Shown here: positions 18,510-28,851 of the stretch, piece after piece | Numbering within the stretch: position 1 is the first letter of the stretch | Layout of the letters: each line of letters begins with the position of its first letter | Source: Actinomycetes bacterium | Lineage (GTDB): Bacteria > Actinomycetota > Acidimicrobiia > Acidimicrobiales > JAKAOS01 | NCBI GenBank assembly: GCA_021791675.1 | Contig: JAJYWE010000011.1 | Span: 1-56,807, forward strand | Reading direction: 5' to 3' | DNA: 56,807 nt | Notes under the pieces: model-generated | What the model was told of the DNA's origin: nothing | The model's input: only the letters and a program-made list of their open reading frames with translations | The model's database searches: none | Made by a program: the position numbers and the translations under genes

Positions 18510-18542
18510 CCCCGGCACCCCGGCACCCCGGCACCCCGGCAG
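18510..18542. repeat. Tandem 8-bp repeat (CCCCGGCA) x4
   Basis: ccccggca ccccggca ccccggca ccccggca, preceded by a degenerate copy. Confidence 0.85.
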
Positions 18543-18693
18543 GCTCGTCCTAGCCAGTGATCGATCCGGATCGGGCGCGAGCCGCGCGAGCGTGCTAGGC
18601 CTGAGGGACCTGGTCTGCCTGCGACGGCGAGTGCCTGCTCGTTCCGGCGCGGGACCCACCGGACACCCCACCCGGGCCGAGAGAGGACTCACC

Positions 18694-19626
18694 GTGCACA
18701 CGATCCCGCTCCCGTACTTCGTCGATCGATCCCTGCTCGACGCAGACCTCCACCTGCCCGACGGTGGCCAGCGCCCCTACCCCGTCGTGGTCGCGTGCTC
18801 TGGCTACCAGGGTCGTAAGCGCATCCACCCGGAGCGCTTCGCCAGGGCGCTCACGCCGCACGGCTTCGCGGTGCTCGCGATCGAGTACCGCGGCCAGGGC
18901 GAGAGCGAAGGGGAGCGTTGTCGCTTCGTCCCCCAGGAGCAGGCGGAGGACGTCCGGGGAGCCGTGGACCGGCTGACGACGGTGGAGGAGGTCGACACCG
19001 GACGGCTGGCGCTCCTCGGCTGGGGGATGGGTGGTGGCGTCGTCATCGCCGCCGCTGCCGAGGACCCCCGCGCCCGTGCCGTCGTCGCCCTCAACGCCTT
19101 CGGCGACGGGGAGCGCGCGCTCCGCGCGACGCACGACGACCGCTCCTGGGAGAGCCTGCTCGAGCGCGTCGAGCGGGACCGGGCGTACCGGGCGGCGACC
19201 GGCCGGTCGGAGCGCACCGCGCCGTGGGACGTCTTCCGGCTCGACCTCGATCCGTCGACGGACTCCTACGTGGCGGACGACCTCTACCGCGGCCTCGACC
19301 AGGGAGCGAGCGCGGTCACCCTCGAGTCGGCCGAGTGGATCCTGCGGTTCCGCCCCGAGCGGGTGGTGTCGCAGGTCGCGCCCCGCCCCCTCCTCCTCGT
19401 CCACGGCGCCCGCAATGGGCTGCACCGCCTCGGCGAAGCGGAAGCGCTGTACCGGCTCGCCGGCGAGCCCAAGGAGCTGTTCGTGCTGGAGGACGCCGGG
19501 CACACGGAGTGGATGTTCGACGACCACCCGACCTTCCGCCGGGTGGTCGATCGGGTAGCGCGCTTCTGCTCCGACGCGTTGGGACCCGATGCGGGTCGGT
19601 CGGGTGGCGGTCCGGGGAGCACCTGA
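18694..19626 (+). CDS. Alpha/beta hydrolase-fold protein
   Basis: GFAVLAIEYRGQGESEG, LLGWGMGG at the nucleophile elbow, PRPLLLVHG, AGH; GAGGA RBS. Confidence 0.85.
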   Translation: MHTIPLPYFVDRSLLDADLHLPDGGQRPYPVVVACSGYQGRKRIHPERFARALTPHGFAVLAIEYRGQGESEGERCRFVPQEQAEDVRGAVDRLTTVEEVDTGRLALLGWGMGGGVVIAAAAEDPRARAVVALNAFGDGERALRATHDDRSWESLLERVERDRAYRAATGRSERTAPWDVFRLDLDPSTDSYVADDLYRGLDQGASAVTLESAEWILRFRPERVVSQVAPRPLLLVHGARNGLHRLGEAEALYRLAGEPKELFVLEDAGHTEWMFDDHPTFRRVVDRVARFCSDALGPDAGRSGGGPGST

Positions 19627-20226
19627 CGAGCGGCGCTCGCCGGCGCCCCCAGCCCGAACGGGGAGCTCGTCACCCGCCGGGCGCGGCGGCGTCGCCGGCC
19701 CGGGCCCGGGGGGAGATCCCCCCGCCCCGACACCCGCGCCCGGGGGAGCGGGGGACCACGGTGACGAGATCGCGAGGGATGCGGGCCCTGGGGGCCATCC
19801 TCGGAGTCGGTTGCTCACGACGAGGCCGGGTGGGAGGCCGTCAAAGACCAGCGCGCGGCCAGCCGATCCGCGACGTCGCGCCCCGACGCGAGGAGGTGCT
19901 GAAGGCCCGACAGGTCATGGCGCTCGCCGATGAGAGGCTGCGCTTCGACAGAGGGCTTCCAGTGATCGAACGTGGGCAGTCTCGGGGATCCTCGACGAGG
20001 TCTCCCCCGGCGGGCATCAGCGTGGCCGTCCCCTCCGCCGAGAGCCGGAGCTCGGTCAGTCGCGTCCCCGGTCCGTCCCGCGGTGGCGACCAACCGCCGG
20101 CAGCCGTCGAGCTCCGCCACGCCTCCGGCGCCGCCGAGCCCGTTCTCGGCGACGGTGTCCGTGACGCGTGGCTCGGTCTCGTTGCACGGAACTCCTACGA
20201 CCTCGCTGGGGGGCTGCTCGTGCCGG

Positions 20227-21795
20227 TCAGCGAGGGACTGCCGCGGCCGTCCCGCCGTAGGCGGTGCGGAGCGCGGTCTTGCGCACCTTGCCGGTGGCGT
20301 TGCGAGGGAGCTCCTCGACCACCTCCACTCTCGTCGGGCACTTGAAGTGGGCCAGTGCCGATCGGCAGTGCTCGATGAGCTCAGTCGGGTCCACGGGGTG
20401 GTCCAAGGCCACGGCCGCCACCACCGTCTCGCCCCAGCGGGCGTCGGGCAGCCCGAACACCGCCGCCTCCCGGACCGCGGGATGGCGCACCAGGACCTGC
20501 TCCACCTCAACCGGATAGACGTTCTCGCCGCCCGTGATGATCATGTCCTTCTTGCGGTCGACGAGCGTGAGGTACCCGTCGGCGTCCATCTTCCCCAAGT
20601 CACCGGTGTGGAACCACCCACCGCGGAACGCCTCGGCGGTGGCCTGGGGCAGCATCCAGTACCCCGCGAAGATGTTCTCGCCTCGCAGGACCAACTCGCC
20701 CACCTGTCCCAGGGCCACGTCGCGGTCGTCGTCGTCGACCAGTCTGGCCTCGACGTCTGGGAGTGGCCGCCCGATCGACCCCAGCTTCTCCACGATGTGC
20801 TCGGCGTCGAGGATCGACACCGACGGGGCGGTCTCGGTCATCCCGAAGCCCTCTTGGAAGGTGATGCCTCGGGCGGTGAAGAACTCGATCACCGGCAGCG
20901 GGGTGGGGGCGCCCCCGGACAGGGCCATCTTCAGTGCCGAGAGGTCGTAGCGGTCGAAGTCGGGGACTCGGCTGATCGCCGCCCACATGGCGGGCACCAG
21001 GAACGCCACCGTGGCGCGGTGGCGGGCCATCGCGGCAAGGGTGGCCTCCGGGTCGAACCCCGGGAGGATCACGTTGGTGGCGCCGACGTAGACGAACGGC
21101 AGGCTGTGCACCCCCAGCCCACCGATGTGGAACATGGGAGCGGCGGTGACCGTCACGTCGCTGGCGCGCAACGCCTGCCCCGGCGCCAACAACGCGTTCC
21201 GGGCGTTGGCGATCGCGTTGGCATGGGTGAGCATGGCGCCCTTCGGTGCGCCGGTGGTCCCCGAGGTGTACATGAGCCCGTGCACCGCACGGGGATCCAC
21301 GTCCATGTCCAACGGGGCCATCGACGCCGACCCCACCACCTCCTGGTACGCCAGCTCACCGGCCGCCAGCTCCACCGTTCGGGCGCCGGCCAGGGGGTCG
21401 GCATCCACCAGGTGATGGCGGACCCGGACACCGGGTTCGGCCATCGCGGCTCGGGCCGCGCCGGCCAGTCGCTGGTGGGACAGCAAGACGTCGGCCCCCG
21501 CGTCGGCCAGGATGTAGGCGACCTCGGGGCCGTTCAGGCGCACGTTGACGGGCACGATGATGGCCCCCAGCTTGGCGCAGCCGTACACCGCTTCCATGAA
21601 GGTCACCGAGTTGAGCAACAGCACTGCCACCCGGTCCCCGGTCCGAACCCCGAGGGTCACCAACGCATGGGCCAGTTGATTGGTCCGCCGGTCGAAGTCC
21701 TCGTAGGTGAGGATGCGCTCACCCTCTACCAGGGCTGGCTTCTTCCCGTCGAGGCGAGCTCGCTTCGTCACCCAACTCCCGATTCCCCGGTCCAT
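20227..21795 (-). CDS. Long-chain fatty acid/acyl-CoA ligase (AMP-binding)
   Basis: YTSGTTGAPKG, GFGMTE, WFHTGDLG, DRKKDMIITGGENVYP, LPRNATGKV. Confidence 0.95.
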   Translation of the reverse strand: MDRGIGSWVTKRARLDGKKPALVEGERILTYEDFDRRTNQLAHALVTLGVRTGDRVAVLLLNSVTFMEAVYGCAKLGAIIVPVNVRLNGPEVAYILADAGADVLLSHQRLAGAARAAMAEPGVRVRHHLVDADPLAGARTVELAAGELAYQEVVGSASMAPLDMDVDPRAVHGLMYTSGTTGAPKGAMLTHANAIANARNALLAPGQALRASDVTVTAAPMFHIGGLGVHSLPFVYVGATNVILPGFDPEATLAAMARHRATVAFLVPAMWAAISRVPDFDRYDLSALKMALSGGAPTPLPVIEFFTARGITFQEGFGMTETAPSVSILDAEHIVEKLGSIGRPLPDVEARLVDDDDRDVALGQVGELVLRGENIFAGYWMLPQATAEAFRGGWFHTGDLGKMDADGYLTLVDRKKDMIITGGENVYPVEVEQVLVRHPAVREAAVFGLPDARWGETVVAAVALDHPVDPTELIEHCRSALAHFKCPTRVEVVEELPRNATGKVRKTALRTAYGGTAAAVPR

Positions 21796-22345
21796 CGGCC
21801 TCAACCCCCCTCGTCCACCGGATACCCACGTCGGCTCCCGCCACTGCGGGACGTTGCTCTCTCCTCGTCCGCTTCCGCCGAGGTGAACGCCGCCTCGGAC
21901 ATCACCCAGGCGGCGGCGAGGGCTCCCCCGTGCCAGCGACGGCCCCTCGTGGACCAGGACCTCGTCGGAGCTGTTCGACGCACCGCTCGACCACGGCATC
22001 GAGCTGGCCGGGGGCCACGGCCGTCGTCGCCAACCCCCGGGCCCCGTACCCGCTGGGGGATCTGGACATGCACGGCGACCGAGAACCGGGTCAGCCGAGC
22101 CGAGTCCGAACGCCACCCGTGCGGGCACAGCCGACGTCGACGACGGCAGGGCATGCAGGATCGACGAAGGTAGGGCACGCAGGATCCTCGGGGCCGAACC
22201 AGCCCGTTCGGCAGCCGAGCCCCCCGGACCTCGTCGAAGACCAGCTGGCCGTGCCGGCGGTCGGGGACCTCACGAGCGGTGACAGGATGCCGGTCGAGCC
22301 CCGGTTCCACCCCGACGCCCCGACGTCGGACCTCTGCGGGATCGG

Positions 22346-24229
22346 TCATCGTCCGGCTCCTGGGTCCTCGCCCCCGTTGTCGTTCACCGTCGCCGCCTCG
22401 AGGTGGGCCAGCACGGCCCGAGCCGCCAGGCCGCCATCGACGGCAGCCTCCTCGACCACCGCGGTGGGGAGCGACACCACCCTGGCTCGCAGCCACTCGC
22501 CGAGGCTCTTGGCCTGCGCGTCGACCCGGGTGTTCGACATCACGCCCTCGCCCAACAACCCCTCGACCACGAAGTTGAGCGCGCGCAGGTTGGCGAGCAC
22601 CGTGCGCCGTACCACGAGCGAGGCGGTCTCCGGCAGCAGCGACCGCAGGCGAGCCTCGTCCAAGTGTTCGATCAGCCAGCGAGCACCGAGGTCGCCTCGC
22701 GCCCAGATCCCGAGGTTGGCGTTCCCGCCCTTGTCGCCCGAGCGTGCACCGAAGGCGACACCGAGCGGCACCGCCACGGTGGGTTCCGCCGACGTCGGCG
22801 GCGTCGGGACGCTCGGGGCATCGGCCGGCGGCTCGGCGGGAGCACGCCCCGGGGCGGTGTCCGCGAACCGTGGGGGCGCCGGCGCCAGCACCGTCCGGAC
22901 GCCGTGCACCCAGACCTCTTGGCACACCAGTTCGGCGGGCACCGCCGCCGGCCAGTACACGCCGTAGACCTGGGGGCTGGCGCCGGGGCCGAGGCCGAAG
23001 AGCCCGGGATAGGACGCGAGGGCCAGCTCCGTCACCCTGGAAGTGAAGGCACGGTCCACCTTGTCTCGGTCGGGGTCCTTCACCGTGATGCGCAGCTGGG
23101 CCATCGCGGCCTCGTTGGTCGCGGGGTCGGGTTGGTCGGTGCGCAGCAGCGCCACCTCCACCTCGGCGAAGCCGTCGCGGCCGTTGGGCATCGACGCCCA
23201 CAAGGCCCGCTCGGCCAACGCCGCCTTCTCCTCGATGTCCAAACCGGTGAGCACCAAGGTGACGCTGGTGCGCCACCCCCCGACGTAGTCCAGGGCGACC
23301 TTCGCCGTTGCCGGCGGCGGCTCCCCTCTCACCGCCGCGATCCGCACCCGGTCGGGTCCCTGCTGCTCGAGCGCGATGGTGTCGAAGCGCGCGGTCACGT
23401 CGGGGTTGCGGTACTGCGCCCCGTCGATCTCGTAGAGCAGCTGGGCCGTCACCGTCCCGACGGACACCGCGCCGCCGTGGTCTGGGTGCTTGGTGATCAC
23501 CGAGGAACCGTCGGCGGCGATCTCGGCGACGGGGAAGCCGGGATGCTCGAGCCCGGGGAGCTCGGTGAAGAAGGCGTAGTTGCCCCCCGTCGCCTGCGTG
23601 CCGCACTCGAGCACGTGCCCGGCCACCAAGGCACCGGCGAGTGCGTCCCAGGCGTCGCGGGCCCAGCCGTGCCACCATGCCGCCGGGCCGATGGCGAGGG
23701 CAGCATCGGTGACCCGGCCCGTCACCACGACGTCGGCACCGCGGGCCAGCGCCTCGGCGATCCCCCAGCCGCCGAGGTAGGCGTTGGCGGTGAGCACCGG
23801 GCGGTCACCGAGTGGCGCGCCGGTGTCGAGATGGGCGAAGGTCACTCCGGCCGCCCGCAGCGCCGCCATCCTGGGCAGGAGGTCGTCTCCTTCGACGTAG
23901 GCCACGACGGGGTCCAGACCCTGGGCATGTGCCGCCGCCTCCACGGCCGCTGCGCAGGCGGCGGGCGCGAGACCGCCGGCGTTGCTCACCACCTTGATGC
24001 CCCGCTCGAGACAGGTGCCGAGCACCTGCTCCATCTGGGTGACAAAGGTCCGAGCCCACCCTGCGCCGGGGTCGCGCTGGCGGTTCTTGGCCAGGATGAG
24101 CATGGTCAACTCGGCGAGGAAGTCCCCGCTCAGGACGTCGATGGGGCCGCCGTTCACCATCTCGCTCGCCGCTGCGAGGCGGTCCCCGTAGAAGCCGCTG
24201 CAGTTGGCGATCCGGACGGGACGAGCCAC
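22346..24229 (-). CDS. atuA: Acyclic terpene utilization AtuA family protein
   Basis: RIANCSGFYGDR, DFLAELTM, NAYLGGWGI, GRVTDA, GHVLECG, ARSGDKGG, DAQAKSLGE. Confidence 0.92.
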   Translation of the reverse strand: MARPVRIANCSGFYGDRLAAASEMVNGGPIDVLSGDFLAELTMLILAKNRQRDPGAGWARTFVTQMEQVLGTCLERGIKVVSNAGGLAPAACAAAVEAAAHAQGLDPVVAYVEGDDLLPRMAALRAAGVTFAHLDTGAPLGDRPVLTANAYLGGWGIAEALARGADVVVTGRVTDAALAIGPAAWWHGWARDAWDALAGALVAGHVLECGTQATGGNYAFFTELPGLEHPGFPVAEIAADGSSVITKHPDHGGAVSVGTVTAQLLYEIDGAQYRNPDVTARFDTIALEQQGPDRVRIAAVRGEPPPATAKVALDYVGGWRTSVTLVLTGLDIEEKAALAERALWASMPNGRDGFAEVEVALLRTDQPDPATNEAAMAQLRITVKDPDRDKVDRAFTSRVTELALASYPGLFGLGPGASPQVYGVYWPAAVPAELVCQEVWVHGVRTVLAPAPPRFADTAPGRAPAEPPADAPSVPTPPTSAEPTVAVPLGVAFGARSGDKGGNANLGIWARGDLGARWLIEHLDEARLRSLLPETASLVVRRTVLANLRALNFVVEGLLGEGVMSNTRVDAQAKSLGEWLRARVVSLPTAVVEEAAVDGGLAARAVLAHLEAATVNDNGGEDPGAGR

Positions 24230-24230
24230 G

Positions 24231-26333
24231 TCAAGCCCCCTCCGGCGGCACCGGGTCGGCGGCCAGGACCACCAAGGGGTCGCCGGCGGCCACCGTGACG
24301 CCGGGGTGGACGCGGACCTCGGCGACCGTGCCAGGGTGTGGCGCGGTGACCCGGTGCTCCATCTTCATGGCCTCGACCACCACGAGCAGCTGACCACGGC
24401 CGACGCCCTCCCCGGGGGCCACCGCCACCTCCCGTACCGTCCCCGGCATGGGGGCGCTCAACGCGCCGGGAACCGGTGCCTCCGTGCCACGATCGGGGAA
24501 GCGAGGCAGCTCGCGTAGCGCCACGTCGCCGTCGGGGCCCTGCACCCAGACGCGGTCCCCGACCCGGTGGACGTGGAGTCGGTGCAGCCACCCCGCCGTC
24601 TCGAGGAGCACCCATCCACCGCCGTGTACGCGAAAGCCGACGGGCTCCCCGTCGACCAGGAACGTCCCGTTTCCCTGGGACCGGTAGGTGACCTCGACGT
24701 GGCGCGGGCTCCCGCGCCCCGGGTCGCCCACGGCCCCTCCGCTGACCTCGCCACCAGGGCCGTCCTCGCCGGAGCTCGGCACGGACGCTGGTGACGCCTG
24801 CGGGACCTCCGGCGCGCCACCGACCACCTCGTAGCGGACCCGCTGTGGCGGCATGGGGGCGAGCCGCCAGCCACTGGGGAGCGAGGCGAGGACCTCGGCC
24901 CGCGCCCGGCGCTCGGCTTGGGCCGCCAGGGCCGCTGCGGCCGCCGCCCGCTGCAGCTCGCCGGGGGTCGGCTGGCGGGCCAGCGCCACCCCCGAGCGCT
25001 CGATGAACGAGGTGGTGGCGCTGCCGGCGAGGAACTCGGGATGCCGCAACGTCGCCACGAGGAAGTCGCGGTTGGTGGTGACGCCGCGGATCCGGCTGCG
25101 GGCCAGCGCCGTGGCCAGGCGGCGCACCGCCTCGCTGCGGGTAGGGGCGTGGGCCACCACTTTCGCGAGCAGTGGGTCGTAGCGGGTGTCCACCACCGTG
25201 CCGGTTGCCACCCCGCAGTCCCAGCGCACCTCTGGTTCGCCGGCGGGTGACCATTCGAGCACCGTGCCGGTGGCGGGGAGGAAACCGGCGCCGGGGTCTT
25301 CGGCGTACAGGCGGGCCTCCACCGCGTGCCCCGTCGGCACCAGCTGGGCCTCGGTGACCGACAGCGGCAGCCCCTGGGCCACCAGGAGCTGCTCGCGCAC
25401 CAGGTCGACCCGGTGGATGGCTTCGCTCACCGGGTGCTCCACCTGGAGCCGGGTGTTCATCTCCAGGAACCAGAACGCTCCCGAAGGCTCGAGGACCAGC
25501 TCGACGGTGCCGGCACTGCGGTAGTCCACCGCCCTGGCCGCGGCCGTCGCGGCCGCCATCAGCTCGGCCCGCAGCGCGGTGCCCACGGCCGGGGAGGGGC
25601 TCTCCTCCACCACCTTCTGGTGGCGACGCTGCACCGAGCAGTCCCGTTCGGTGAAGACGACGAGGTGACCGTGGTCGTCGGCCAGCACCTGCACCTCGAC
25701 GTGGCGGGCGTCGACCACGTAGCGCTCGAGGAACACGCTGGGATCGCCGAACGCACCGGCCGCCTCCCGCTGGGCGGCGGCGACCGCGTCGGCCAGGTCC
25801 TCGGGGCGCGCCACGACCCGCATGCCCTTGCCGCCACCGCCGGCGGCAGCCTTCACCAGCACCGGGAAGGAGAGCTGGTCCAGCGCGCCGGCCACGGCGT
25901 CGCCGAGATCGGCCCCGGGGGTGATCTCGACGGAGGGAAGGACCGGCACCCCGGCAGCGGCCATCGTCGCCTTGGCGGCGAGCTTGTTCCCCATGGCCTC
26001 GATCACGGACGGCGACGGCCCGACCCAGGTGAGCCCGGCGTCCACCACCGCCTGCGCGAACGAGGCGCGCTCGGAGAGGAACCCGTAGCCGGGGTGGACG
26101 GCGTCGGCGCCGCTCCGGCGCGCCGCCTCCACGAGGATCTCCGGGTCGAGGTAGGTCTCCGCTGCGCTCCGCCCCGGGAGCCGCACCACCCGGTCGGCTT
26201 CGGCCGCCAGCGACGGCGACTCGTCGTCGAGCGCCATCACCGCCACGGTCTCGATCCCCATGGCGAGCGCGCTGCGCACGATGCGGCGGGCGATCTCCCC
26301 GCGGTTGGCCACGAGGAGCCGGGTCACGGTCAA
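24231..26333 (-). CDS. Biotin carboxylase/biotin-carrier subunit of an acyl-CoA carboxylase (AtuF/AccA2-like)
   Basis: LVANRGEIA, HPGYGFLSE, GGGGKGMR, RDCSVQRRHQK, EMNTRLQVEHPV, EAMKM biotinylation site. Confidence 0.95.
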   Translation of the reverse strand: MTVTRLLVANRGEIARRIVRSALAMGIETVAVMALDDESPSLAAEADRVVRLPGRSAAETYLDPEILVEAARRSGADAVHPGYGFLSERASFAQAVVDAGLTWVGPSPSVIEAMGNKLAAKATMAAAGVPVLPSVEITPGADLGDAVAGALDQLSFPVLVKAAAGGGGKGMRVVARPEDLADAVAAAQREAAGAFGDPSVFLERYVVDARHVEVQVLADDHGHLVVFTERDCSVQRRHQKVVEESPSPAVGTALRAELMAAATAAARAVDYRSAGTVELVLEPSGAFWFLEMNTRLQVEHPVSEAIHRVDLVREQLLVAQGLPLSVTEAQLVPTGHAVEARLYAEDPGAGFLPATGTVLEWSPAGEPEVRWDCGVATGTVVDTRYDPLLAKVVAHAPTRSEAVRRLATALARSRIRGVTTNRDFLVATLRHPEFLAGSATTSFIERSGVALARQPTPGELQRAAAAAALAAQAERRARAEVLASLPSGWRLAPMPPQRVRYEVVGGAPEVPQASPASVPSSGEDGPGGEVSGGAVGDPGRGSPRHVEVTYRSQGNGTFLVDGEPVGFRVHGGGWVLLETAGWLHRLHVHRVGDRVWVQGPDGDVALRELPRFPDRGTEAPVPGALSAPMPGTVREVAVAPGEGVGRGQLLVVVEAMKMEHRVTAPHPGTVAEVRVHPGVTVAAGDPLVVLAADPVPPEGA

Positions 26334-27973
26334 AGCCGGAACACTCCGTAGTGCCGGGCGCCGGTCACCGGGGCGCTGTGACAGGCCGACAGGGCCATGG
26401 TGACGACGGTGCGCGTGTCGCGGGGGTCGATGATGCCGTCGTCGGTGACCCGTCCGGTGGCGTACCAGGCCAGGGACTGCGCCTCGGCGAAGTCCTCCAC
26501 CGCCTTGGTCCGCGCCGCCTCTACCGCCTCGTCGACGGGGGCACCTCGACGCGCCAGCTGGGACCGGCGGACGATCTCCATCACACCGGCCATCTGCTTG
26601 GGGCCCATGATGGCGATCTTGGCCGTCGGCCAGAGGAACACGAACCGGGTGTCGAAGGCGCGCCCACCCATGCCATAGTTCCCGGCGCCGTAGCTGGCGC
26701 CGAGGATCACCGTCACGTGGGGCACGGTCGAGTTCGACAGTGCGTTGATCATCTGGCTACCGTGCTTCACGATCCCACCCCGTTCGTACTCCCGACCAAC
26801 CATGTAGCCGGTGATGTGCTGGAGGAACACCAGCGGGGTGTCGACCTGGTTGCAGAGCTGGATGAACTGCGCGGCCTTCTGCGCCGCCTCGGAGAACAGC
26901 ACGCCGTTGTTGCCCAAGATGCCGACCGGGAAGCCGCCCATGGTGGCCCAGCCGCAGACCAAGGTGGGGCCGTAGCGGGGCTTGTGCTCCTCGAACCGGC
27001 TGCCGTCAACGATCCGGGCGATGACCTCCCGGATCTCGACCGGGGTTCGGAGGTCCACCGGCATGAGGCCGAGCAGCTCCTCGGGGTCGTGCACCGGCGG
27101 GTCGGGACGCGCGGTGACGGGCCCGGGACCCGCCTTACGCCAGTGGAGGTGGGCCACGGCGTCGCGGCACATCGAGATCGCCTCGACCTCGTCCTCGGCC
27201 AGCTGGTCGGCCAGCCCGCTGACCGCGGCGTGCATCTCCGCCCCGCCGAGCGACTCGTCGTCGGCGACCTCCCCGGTCGCCACCTCGACCAGCGGGGGAC
27301 CGCCCAAGAACACCTTGGCCTGCCCGCGCACGAAGATGGTGATGTCCGACAGCCCCGGCAGGTACGCCCCGCCGGCGGTGGACGACCCGAACACCACCGA
27401 GATGGTGGGGACGCCGAGGGCCGAGAGCTCGGTGACGTCGTGGAACATGCGACCGCTCTCGGCGAAGTGGGTGAGGTTGCGCCGCAGGGCATCCTCGGGC
27501 TCGTCGGCTGCCCCGCTGCCGCGCAGGTCGCCGCCGGCGGACTCCACCAGCTGGATGTGGGGCAGACGGTTCTGCCGGGCGACCTCCAGTCCCCGCATCA
27601 GCTTCCGCACGCTGACCGCGGTCAGCGCCCCGCCCAGATCCGTGGGGTCGTTGGCCGCGACCACGCATTCGGTGCCCTCCACCACTCCGACGCCGAGGAC
27701 CATGCCACCACCGAGCGCGTAGTCGGTCATGGCCCCCGCCAGTGGTGACAGCTCGAGGAAGGGCGTGTCGGGATCGAGCAGCAGCGCCACGCGCTCGCGT
27801 GCCGGCAACTTGCCTCGCGCCCGGTGCCGGGCCGTGGCCGCCTGGCGGCTCGCCCCGGCGGCCTCGTCGAGCAGCTCGTCGAGCTTGCCCACGAGCCGGC
27901 GCATTGCGGACGCATTGGCCACGAAGGCGGGGTCCTCTCGGTCCAGCGCGCTGCGGAGCACCGGTGGCGTCAC
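26330..27973 (-). CDS. Carboxyltransferase subunit (AtuC/AccD2-like)
   Basis: RGKLPARER, FLELSPLAG, STAGGAY, FLGGPPLV, GASYGAGNYGM, DDGIIDPRDTR. Confidence 0.93.
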   Translation of the reverse strand: MTPPVLRSALDREDPAFVANASAMRRLVGKLDELLDEAAGASRQAATARHRARGKLPARERVALLLDPDTPFLELSPLAGAMTDYALGGGMVLGVGVVEGTECVVAANDPTDLGGALTAVSVRKLMRGLEVARQNRLPHIQLVESAGGDLRGSGAADEPEDALRRNLTHFAESGRMFHDVTELSALGVPTISVVFGSSTAGGAYLPGLSDITIFVRGQAKVFLGGPPLVEVATGEVADDESLGGAEMHAAVSGLADQLAEDEVEAISMCRDAVAHLHWRKAGPGPVTARPDPPVHDPEELLGLMPVDLRTPVEIREVIARIVDGSRFEEHKPRYGPTLVCGWATMGGFPVGILGNNGVLFSEAAQKAAQFIQLCNQVDTPLVFLQHITGYMVGREYERGGIVKHGSQMINALSNSTVPHVTVILGASYGAGNYGMGGRAFDTRFVFLWPTAKIAIMGPKQMAGVMEIVRRSQLARRGAPVDEAVEAARTKAVEDFAEAQSLAWYATGRVTDDGIIDPRDTRTVVTMALSACHSAPVTGARHYGVFRL

Positions 27974-28851
27974 GGCCGGGCTCCCCGGGTTGTTGCCACC
28001 GCCGCACTCGGGGGGCGCCCTGGCCCCGCGGGCCCGGCGAATGCCTGGGCCACGGCCAGCCACGCCGTGGCCGTGGCGCCCACGACCTCGAGCGACGTGT
28101 CGGCGGGATGCCGCCGCTGGGTCACCACCAGGGCCAAGTCCACCGCCCGACCGCGGACGACGTCCTCCGCATCCGGCGGGCCCCAGGTCCAGGTGGCGCC
28201 GTCGGGTGCCTGTGCCTCGACCCGGAGCGCTCCGCCTGGGTCGCTCGCTCGGTGGACGGCGAAAGCGTACGGACGGGCCGCCACGCCGAGGTGGACGACG
28301 TGGCGGAGCCGGGCGCTCACGCTCGACGGCAGTCCGAGTGCGTCCATCACGTCCTGGCCGTGGGCCCAGGTCTCGGTGAGCCGGGCGGTGAGGAAGCTGG
28401 CCAGGCCCATCGACGGGCCGTACCACGGAATCCGTGCCGCCGGGTCGGCCCGGGCAGCTGTCGCCAGGAGCGCGTGACGGGCCTGGCGCCAGCGAGCGAG
28501 GAGGCGTGGTGGCTCGAGGCTGCGACCCAGGGCCTCGTCAGGTCGCCGCACCGGAGCGTCGAAGGAGCCACCGGCCCCGCCCCCTGCCCCCGGCGACAGG
28601 TCACCGTCACCGGCCATGAAGGCGGCGCGACCGGCGGCGAAGCCCTGCCGGTCGGTCAGGGCCCGGGTCGCCGCTTCGTCGAAGAAGCACAGGTGCCCGA
28701 TGCTGTCGGCGATGTCCCACCCCGCAGCCGGGGTCGGCGTGCGCCACTGCCGGGGGGGCAGGGGAGCCACCACCTCGTCCAGCGTCTCGTGCTCGGCGGC
28801 CAAGTCGTCGAGGAGCTGGGTGATCGTGGGGGCCTGCGGGCGTGGGCTCAC
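27970..28851 (-). CDS. TIGR03084-like metal-binding protein (MDMPI-N/DinB superfamily)
   Basis: LLDDLAAE, PTPAAGWDIADSIGHL, PWYGPSM, ARLTETWAHGQD, VTQRRH, AQAFAGP. Confidence 0.85.
   Translation of the reverse strand: MSPRPQAPTITQLLDDLAAEHETLDEVVAPLPPRQWRTPTPAAGWDIADSIGHLCFFDEAATRALTDRQGFAAGRAAFMAGDGDLSPGAGGGAGGSFDAPVRRPDEALGRSLEPPRLLARWRQARHALLATAARADPAARIPWYGPSMGLASFLTARLTETWAHGQDVMDALGLPSSVSARLRHVVHLGVAARPYAFAVHRASDPGGALRVEAQAPDGATWTWGPPDAEDVVRGRAVDLALVVTQRRHPADTSLEVVGATATAWLAVAQAFAGPAGPGRPPSAAVATTRGARP

Noticed and set aside
19627-20226. Protein-like fragments at the left edge of the atu-like cluster
   Set aside because: Short stretches without a start, RBS or family motif; they may be debris but cannot be assigned.
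21800-22345. Possible DUF35/OB-fold gene remnant between atuA and the CoA ligase
   Set aside because: Only faint resemblance (APYPLGDLD, GDRMPVEPRF), no CxxC pairs and no clean ORF; unsupported without a profile search.
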